NCBI GenBank assembly: GCA_036676495.1
Contig: JAKFCT010000034.1
Span: 1-54,583 of the forward strand
From: Candidatus Sericytochromatia bacterium
GTDB lineage: Bacteria; Cyanobacteriota; Sericytochromatia; S15B-MN24; UBA4093
Direction: 5' to 3'
Length of the DNA: 54,583 nucleotides
A program made the position numbers and the translations under genes. The notes beneath the pieces are model-generated. The model was given only the letters and a program-made list of their open reading frames with translations, was not told the origin of the DNA and did no database searches. Within the stretch, counting starts at the first letter, position 1. The number at the start of each line of letters is the position of its first letter. This document shows positions 48,579 through 54,583 of the stretch, in pieces.

Positions 48579-48893
48579 ATTAAAGCCATCGCGGGCACAG
48601 AGGCCCGCGCCACAAACAGCTGATCAGTGAGACAGGCCACCCAGTAGGGCAGGCCTGTCTCATTGATCAGCCTACTTTCAGATTTAGGGCCAGTCTGCTA
48701 GCAGCCTACTTTCAGGTGTGCCTGTGAGGCGGGCCGCTGTGCCCGCCATGGCTTCAATCAGGACTTGTCCATGATGGGGGAGGCTCCTGAGTGGGGTGTC
48801 CAGGTGGATGCTCAGGTCAGTGTGCCTGTGGGGCGGGCCTCTGTGCCCGCCATGGCTTCAATCGTGCCCGCCATGGCTTTAATTGGCTTTAAT
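48579..48893. repeat. Cluster of REP-like palindromic repeats
   Basis: Unit TGTGRGGCGGGCCKCTGTGCCCGCCATGGCTTYAAT occurs inverted at 48579-48614, direct at about 48723-48758 and 48827-48862, and partially at 48864-48883. A long hairpin lies at 48619-48671. Confidence 0.85.
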
Positions 48894-48927
48894 TGCAGAA
48901 TCCTCACTGGGCTGCTAAAACGGAAGC

Positions 48928-50151
48928 ATGAGCCCTTACTCCGCCCTCAAGCACCCAGGAGTGCTTCGCTACCTCATCGGCAACGCCGCCGCCCACCTGG
49001 GCCAGATCATGCTCGGCGTGGCCATCGGATGGGAGATCTACGAGCGGACCGGCTCCGCCATGGCCCTCGGCTACGTGGGCCTCGCCCAGTTCATCCCCGT
49101 CTTGCTGCTCGCCCTGCCAGCCGGCCAGCTCGCCGACCGCATCGATCGACGCCTGATCGTCATGCTGGCCCTGATCGCCTGGATCACCGCATCCCTGGGG
49201 CTTGCCGCCATCTCTTACTTCGACGGCCCGTTGATACTGGTCTACCTTTGCCTGCTCCTGGAGGGCTCAGCCCAGGCCTTCCGTGGGCCCGCGGCTTCCG
49301 CCATCCTGCCCAACTTGGTGCCTCAAGAGGATCTCAGCCGGATCGTCACCTGGAACACCAGCATCGTCCAGTTCTCGCTGCTTTTGGGTCCCGCGCTCGC
49401 AGGCCTGCTCATCGGCTGGACGCATGACGCCCTCCCGATCTACCTCCTGGACGCCGCGCTCGCGGCCGTCTTCCTCGTGGCCCTCGTGGGGATCCGCCCG
49501 ATCCGCCCGCCGGAGTCCGCCCATGCCCCCGGCTGGGGCGATCTGCTGGAGGGACTCCGCTTCGTCAAGCGCACCCCCTTGCTCCTGGCGGCCATCACCC
49601 TGGACATGGTCGCCGTCCTGCTGGGAGGAGCCGTGGCCTTGCTTCCGGTCTTCGCCAAGGACATCCTGCACGTCGGTCCGCAGGGCCTGGGATGGCTCAT
49701 GGCAGCTCCTTCGCTGGGAGCCTTCGCCATGGGGCTGCTGCTCACTCACCTTCCGCCCCTTCGCAACAACGGTCCCGTGCTGCTCTGGGTCGTGGCGGGC
49801 TTCGGGATCGCCACGATCGGCTTCGGGCTCTCGCTGAACCCGGCCCTATCGTGGGGGATGCTCTTCCTGGTGGGAGCTTTCGACATGGTGAGCATGGTGA
49901 TCCGCTCCACGATGCTTCAGCACTTCACCCCGGACGCCATGCGCGGCCGGGTCTCGGCCATCCACAGCGTCTTCGTGGGAACCTCGAACGAGCTGGGGGC
50001 CTACGAGTCGGGCCTCACGGCCGCGTGGTGGGGGCCCGTGCGGGCTGTGGTCGTCGGGGGGATCGGCACGCTCGCCATGGTGGCCTTCGCCGCCTCGCGC
50101 TGGCCCCAGCTGCGCCGCCTCAAGGCGCTCAAGCCGGAAACCGTCGCCTAA
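48928..50151 (+). CDS. MFS transporter (MFS_3/EntS-like)
   Basis: 12 TM helices, G.LADR.DRR motif A and MRGRVSA. Confidence 0.9.
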   Translation: MSPYSALKHPGVLRYLIGNAAAHLGQIMLGVAIGWEIYERTGSAMALGYVGLAQFIPVLLLALPAGQLADRIDRRLIVMLALIAWITASLGLAAISYFDGPLILVYLCLLLEGSAQAFRGPAASAILPNLVPQEDLSRIVTWNTSIVQFSLLLGPALAGLLIGWTHDALPIYLLDAALAAVFLVALVGIRPIRPPESAHAPGWGDLLEGLRFVKRTPLLLAAITLDMVAVLLGGAVALLPVFAKDILHVGPQGLGWLMAAPSLGAFAMGLLLTHLPPLRNNGPVLLWVVAGFGIATIGFGLSLNPALSWGMLFLVGAFDMVSMVIRSTMLQHFTPDAMRGRVSAIHSVFVGTSNELGAYESGLTAAWWGPVRAVVVGGIGTLAMVAFAASRWPQLRRLKALKPETVA

Positions 50152-51575
50152 AACACGAGCAGGGCGTTGCTCACGGGCCGCTCGCGACCATCGGAAGGGC
50201 GGTTCACGACCGCTCCGTCGATCACCATGGTGCTCGAGCCGCCTCCATCCAGGTTGAGCGCACTCTGAGCGCCCAGCTCGCGCATGAAGTCAGCGGTTTC
50301 GGGGAGGGTGAGCCCGACCGAATGGCGGGGCTGGCGGCCGTCCACGACCGCCAGGAGGACGCCTCCGCTGGCCGTGATGCCGACGGCGGTGCGAGGCGAG
50401 CGTCCCACGGCGATATCGGGCTGGAAGCGCTCGTCGACCGTCGTGAGCTGGACCTGTCCCTCGCTGAGGAGGCGGGGGCCACCGGCCAGGATATGGTCGA
50501 TGCCGCGCCAGAAGAGGGTCAGATCGGTTTGGTAGCTGAGGCGATCGCCGATCCGGACCCGTTTCGCCAGCCAATCGGCTTCGGCGCCCGAGGCCGAGAG
50601 GACGTAGCCGCCGGGCGGGATGGCGAGATTGCCTTGCGATCGCCCGATGACCTGGCCACTGGCGAGCACGGCGAACTCGACCGCCGAGGAAGCTGGCTGC
50701 GTCCGGGTGGTCACGCCCCAGAGCGGAGTGTAGAGGACGAGCTGGCCATCCCAGCGGCGCTGGTTGAGGCCGTCGATCCCGGCAGACTCCCCGTTCGGAA
50801 GCTGAATCGAGCCCGACATCTGGGTGCCGTCGACGAAGGGGGTGGAAGTCCCCCCGAAAGCCAGCAGCGAGCGGGTGTAAAGGGGGCCACTGAGGATCTG
50901 CCGATCCCGCATGACCAGGCCGAGGGGCTCTCCGGAGCGCGCGAAGTAGCCGCCGTTGATGGCGGCCAGGGCTCCCTCGCGGCGGGCGATGCCGCTGGTG
51001 GGCTCCAGGGAGAAGCGGATGCCGTCTCCTCCCATGCCCAGGCGCAGGGAGCTCTGAGCGATCAGGCGTTCCCGGGCCACCGTGAGGACGTGGGCCGTGA
51101 GGGGACCGTGCGGCAGGCCGCGGCGGATCTGCGTGTAAGCGAGGCCCGGGGCGAGCTCGCGTTCCGAGCGCTCAGTGAAGAGACGCTCGAAATGGAACTT
51201 GAGCCGGCGCGAGGAGGTGGGATCCGACTGGAGCTCGACCGGCACCGGGTATTGCCAGGCGATCTCCAGGACGGCATCCGGGCCCTCCTGGCGCCAGGAG
51301 AGGCCTTTGACCAGGGGATCGGCCATGAGGGGCGGAACGAGCGAGGGATCGGCCTCGAGGCCCGGGATGCGGATGCGGCAGACCTCGTCGAGGCGCTCGA
51401 CGGTGACGGCTTCGAGGCGGGTGGTGGTCTCCAGGGTGAGGCTGTAGCGTTCGGGGGTGGGATCGAGGCGCAGGGAGGTGAGCAGGGAGGCGTCCGCCGT
51501 CGGAGCGGAGGCGATCAGGCAGGCGAAAAGCAAAAGCGCCCCGCGTTGAAGCGCGGGGCGCGGATTGCGGGGCAT
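50148..51575 (-). CDS. Exported phosphodiester glycosidase (NAGPA) family protein
   Basis: AAINGGYF, PRTAVG, VDGR and ALNLDGGGSS motifs plus a signal peptide. Confidence 0.9.
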   Translation of the reverse strand: MPRNPRPALQRGALLLFACLIASAPTADASLLTSLRLDPTPERYSLTLETTTRLEAVTVERLDEVCRIRIPGLEADPSLVPPLMADPLVKGLSWRQEGPDAVLEIAWQYPVPVELQSDPTSSRRLKFHFERLFTERSERELAPGLAYTQIRRGLPHGPLTAHVLTVARERLIAQSSLRLGMGGDGIRFSLEPTSGIARREGALAAINGGYFARSGEPLGLVMRDRQILSGPLYTRSLLAFGGTSTPFVDGTQMSGSIQLPNGESAGIDGLNQRRWDGQLVLYTPLWGVTTRTQPASSAVEFAVLASGQVIGRSQGNLAIPPGGYVLSASGAEADWLAKRVRIGDRLSYQTDLTLFWRGIDHILAGGPRLLSEGQVQLTTVDERFQPDIAVGRSPRTAVGITASGGVLLAVVDGRQPRHSVGLTLPETADFMRELGAQSALNLDGGGSSTMVIDGAVVNRPSDGRERPVSNALLVF

Positions 51576-51576
51576 C

Positions 51577-52860
51577 TTAGACGAGCGCCTCGGTCCGCTG
51601 GTTGCGGCTGATCTTGGCGCCCACGGCGCTGAGCTTGCCAACGATGTCCTCGTAGCCACGGTCGATGTGGTGGACGTTGCTGATGACGGTCTCGCCGCGG
51701 GCCGCGAGGCCGGCCAGGATCATGGCGGCACCGGCGCGGAGGTCGGTGGCCTTGACGGGGGCTCCCGTGAGGCCGTCGACGCCCTGGATCACGGCGCAGT
51801 TGCCCTCGGTCTTGATGTTGGCGCCCATGCGCTGCAGCTCGTCGACGTGCATGAAGCGGTTCTCGAAGACGGTCTCGGTGACCATGCTGGTGCCGGGCAC
51901 CAGGGAGAGGAAGGTCATGAGCTGACTTTGGAGGTCGGTGGGGAAGCCGGGGAAGGGCAGGGTCCGCAGGTCGATGGGGTGGAACTCGCCCGTGCCGTCG
52001 ACGGTGATGTCGCCGTTGGGCTCGACCACGATGCCGACGCCGGCCTCCTGGAGCTTGCTGATGACGGCCTGCATGTGGTCGGCGCGGACCTTGGTCAGGG
52101 TGAGGCGGCCCCGGGTGACGGCGGCGGCGACCATGAAGGTGCCGGCCTCGATCCGGTCGGGGATGCACTCGTGGACGGTCCCGTGCAGGCGGCGGACGCC
52201 CTCGACGGTGATGGTCTGGGTGCCGGCGCCGGAGATCTTGGCGCCCATCTTGATGAGCATGTCCGCCAGGTCCACGATCTCGGGCTCCTGGGCGCAGTTG
52301 TCGATGACGGTCGTGCCCTCGGCGAGGCAAGCCGCCATCATGATGGTCTCGGTGGCGCCCACGGACGGGTAATCGAGGTAGACCGGGCCGCCGATGAGCT
52401 TGTCGGCCTGCGCCTCGACGTAGCCGTGCTCGATCGTGACCTTGGCGCCCAGGGAGCGCAGGCCCTTGAGGTGGAGATCCACCGGCCGCGAGCCGATCGA
52501 ACAACCGCCGGGCAGCGGGATCCGGGCATAGCCCAAGCGCGCCAGGATCGGGCCCAGCACGAAGAACGAGGCCCGCATCTTGGTCACCAGCTCGTACGGA
52601 GGAGGCGTGTCCGCCAGATCCGTCGCGTCCACCCGGACCGTGTGCGACGTGAGGTCCATCATCACCCGCACGCCAATCCGCGCCAGCACCTCGGAGATCA
52701 CTCCGACGTCGGCCAGGTTCGGCACGTTGGTGATCACGGACTCCTCAGGAGCCAGCAGCGCGCCAGCCAAGAGGACCAGGGCCGAGTTCTTCGCGCCGTT
52801 GATCGGAATCGACCCGTGTAGCGGGGTCCCGCCATGTATCACCAGCTTGTCCAAGCCCAT
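51577..52860 (-). CDS. murA: UDP-N-acetylglucosamine 1-carboxyvinyltransferase
   Basis: GAKNS, LPGGCSIGSRPVDLH and FPTDLQ motifs. GAGGAG RBS before ATG 52860. Confidence 0.97.
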   Translation of the reverse strand: MGLDKLVIHGGTPLHGSIPINGAKNSALVLLAGALLAPEESVITNVPNLADVGVISEVLARIGVRVMMDLTSHTVRVDATDLADTPPPYELVTKMRASFFVLGPILARLGYARIPLPGGCSIGSRPVDLHLKGLRSLGAKVTIEHGYVEAQADKLIGGPVYLDYPSVGATETIMMAACLAEGTTVIDNCAQEPEIVDLADMLIKMGAKISGAGTQTITVEGVRRLHGTVHECIPDRIEAGTFMVAAAVTRGRLTLTKVRADHMQAVISKLQEAGVGIVVEPNGDITVDGTGEFHPIDLRTLPFPGFPTDLQSQLMTFLSLVPGTSMVTETVFENRFMHVDELQRMGANIKTEGNCAVIQGVDGLTGAPVKATDLRAGAAMILAGLAARGETVISNVHHIDRGYEDIVGKLSAVGAKISRNQRTEALV

Positions 52861-53182
52861 CTCCTCCTCGTGCCTGACCAATAGTCCGGGGTGCTGCTGC
52901 GTTCGGTTTGCGTCGGTTTGGCTTGCGTCGTGACCGTCGATCTTGACCCTAGCACGCATTTATTGTCGGTTTGTTGCGCCGGGGTTGCCGTGATACTTAA
53001 CACAAGCAAGGGTTCGCATGGCGGCCCCGCTCCGGACCGTTGCCCCCACCCGGGGAGATCTCCGCCGATCCTGCCCTCCAGTCTAGCTCATGCGGGAGGG
53101 CTCAGATACAAAGATTGGGTTAAATTTTTCCCGATCCCGCGGATTCTCCCTTTTGCACCGGGAGTCTCTCCCTAAGCCCGGG

Positions 53183-53596
53183 TTAAGCCCGCAGATTCAG
53201 CTTCGGAGCGCCCTTCTTCTTCTCCTCGACCCGCAAGACCACCTCGTCGCCCTTGATCCCGCCCGAAAGCTCGGTGCGAACCCAGTAGCGACCCGGCGCC
53301 GGGATCTCCACGTTCTCGAAGGTCGTCCGGAACCCCATCCCGCCCCCCGGGGTCGGAATCGCAATCGTCTCGTGCTGGTACGCGATCAGCTCCGTCTTGC
53401 GATCGTCGCTCAACAACGTGTGCTTGCACGAGTAAGGCCCCGCCGGCAGGTCGTACCCGCAGCTCAGGATCGCAAACGAAATCGGAATCGGGAACTCCTC
53501 GGCCACCACCCGGTGAATCGGATGGATGAACAGCTGCTTGTTGTTGGAGACGTCGATCTCCACGTTCTCGAAGAGAATCGTCTGTACCGTCGGCAT
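53183..53596 (-). CDS. Hypothetical beta-sandwich protein (DUF6941-like pattern)
   Basis: AAGGAA RBS and ...F..V.IP.PGRYWV... pattern. The family assignment is tentative. Confidence 0.6.
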   Translation of the reverse strand: MPTVQTILFENVEIDVSNNKQLFIHPIHRVVAEEFPIPISFAILSCGYDLPAGPYSCKHTLLSDDRKTELIAYQHETIAIPTPGGGMGFRTTFENVEIPAPGRYWVRTELSGGIKGDEVVLRVEEKKKGAPKLNLRA

Positions 53597-53799
53597 GCGG
53601 GTTTCCTTTCTCATGATCATCCGCCCGGCCCTCAACCCCTCGATCGGGCGAAACCCCGTAACCCTACCGCGTTTCCCTCAGCGGGTCAATGACGACGATC
53701 ACCGCCCCAGCCCCCCGCCCGTCGCCCGCTCCCCCGCCTTGATCCCGTCGGCCGCCCGTGGTAAACTTCCCCTTTGTCTGCCATGCCGGGCCGGGCCCG

Positions 53800-53900
53800 G
53801 ACTACACACGCTATCCGGATTCCGATCGGGGGGTGTTGGGGCGAGTCCCCCTGACCCCGCGGGAGAGGATGGTAGCGGCGGAAGAACCCACCCTTACACT
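53800..53900 (+). promoter_or_regulatory. rpsB structured leader (candidate S2 autoregulatory element)
   Basis: ACACACG-CTATCC...GGTG...GGATGGTAGCGGCGGAAGAACCC long hairpin. An extended -10 (TGGTAAACT) lies at about 53759. Confidence 0.6.
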
Positions 53901-53917
53901 TTTTTGGAGGACTCCCC

Positions 53918-54583
53918 ATGCCCGTCGTTCCTATGAAGAGCCTCTTGGAGGCCGGTGTCCACTTCGGTCACCAGACCCACCGCTGGAACCCGAAGATGAA
54001 GCCTTACATCTTCGCCGAGCGCAATGGTATCTACATCATTGACCTCGCCAAGACCTCGCGCTACCTCGACCACGCCTACGAGTTCCTGCGCAACGCCGTC
54101 GCCGAGGGCAAGAACGTCCTCTTCGTCGGCACCAAGAAGCAGGCCGCCGAGACCGTCCGCGAAGAGGCCGAGCGCGCCAACATGTTCTTCGTCAACCAGC
54201 GCTGGCTGGGCGGCATGCTCACCAACTTCCCCACCATCCAGAAGCGCATCAACCGCCTCCGCGAGCTGGAAATCCAGCGCGAGGACGGCACCTTCGATCG
54301 CCTCCCCAAGAAGGAAGTCATCCTCCTCGAAAAGGAGATCGGCAAGCTCGAGCGCCTCTTGGGCGGCGTCAAGAACCTCCCCAACCGCCGTCCCGACGTG
54401 CTCTTCGTCCTCGACACCAAGAAGGAGCACCTCGCCATCAAGGAAGCCCGCAAGCTCGGGATCCCCATCGTGGCCATCGTCGACACCAACTGCGACCCCG
54501 ATGAGATCGACTACATCATCCCCGGCAACGACGACGCCATCCGCGCCGTCAAGCTGATCGCCGGCAAGATGGCCGACGCCGTC
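53918..54583 (+). CDS. rpsB: 30S ribosomal protein S2 (runs off the window end)
   Basis: [27 protein letters not shown] and DTNCDPD motifs. Confidence 0.97.
   Translation, partial: MPVVPMKSLLEAGVHFGHQTHRWNPKMKPYIFAERNGIYIIDLAKTSRYLDHAYEFLRNAVAEGKNVLFVGTKKQAAETVREEAERANMFFVNQRWLGGMLTNFPTIQKRINRLRELEIQREDGTFDRLPKKEVILLEKEIGKLERLLGGVKNLPNRRPDVLFVLDTKKEHLAIKEARKLGIPIVAIVDTNCDPDEIDYIIPGNDDAIRAVKLIAGKMADAV

Noticed and set aside
48579-48893. CRISPR array
   Set aside because: Units are in mixed orientation with irregular spacing, and no cas genes are present. The pattern fits REP elements.
52989-53004. CRP-like site CGTGA-N6-ACACA upstream of murA
   Set aside because: A single 8/10 match that probably overlaps the promoter itself. 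It cannot be distinguished from chance.
53172-53191. Third gene-end duplication (TAAGCCCG twice)
   Set aside because: It is only 8 bp long and lacks the junction motif, so it may be chance.

Overview
A high-GC (roughly two-thirds GC) chromosomal core region. It is most consistent with a non-photosynthetic, flagellated relative of the Cyanobacteria such as Ca. Sericytochromatia; this is inferred from the cyanobacterial-type RecG N-terminus, outer-membrane proteins and flagellar genes. Housekeeping content: the 3' part of SRP RNA, a DnaJ/CbpA-like chaperone, a Crp regulator, rimP-nusA-ylxR-infB-rbfA-DHH-truB, hpt, lepB-spoIID-queA, an OmpR-type two-component pair, lspA-mpg-recG-rsmD, gap-pgk-tpiA-gpmI, murA and the start of rpsB. 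Several lipoproteins and outer-membrane proteins are interspersed. Two observations stand out. (1) The 3' ends of two unrelated genes, hpt and queA, are each tandemly duplicated just downstream of the gene. Both have the identical 14-mer AGCCGCGGGCGCTT at the junction and CCTTTG at the duplication boundary, which suggests an undescribed sequence-directed duplication process. (2) A divergent flagellar/type III export cluster (flgD, flgE-like, fliM-like, a polytopic membrane protein with a SPOA domain, fliN, a fliO-fliP fusion, fliQ, fliR) lacks mot/fliL/cheY/flhB, and the window also holds signal-less Pro/Ala-rich proteins that are candidate export substrates. Two short genes missed by the ORF track were found, a YjfB-like protein and a 57-aa membrane protein. 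No CRISPR array, integrase, transposase, tRNA or rRNA was seen.
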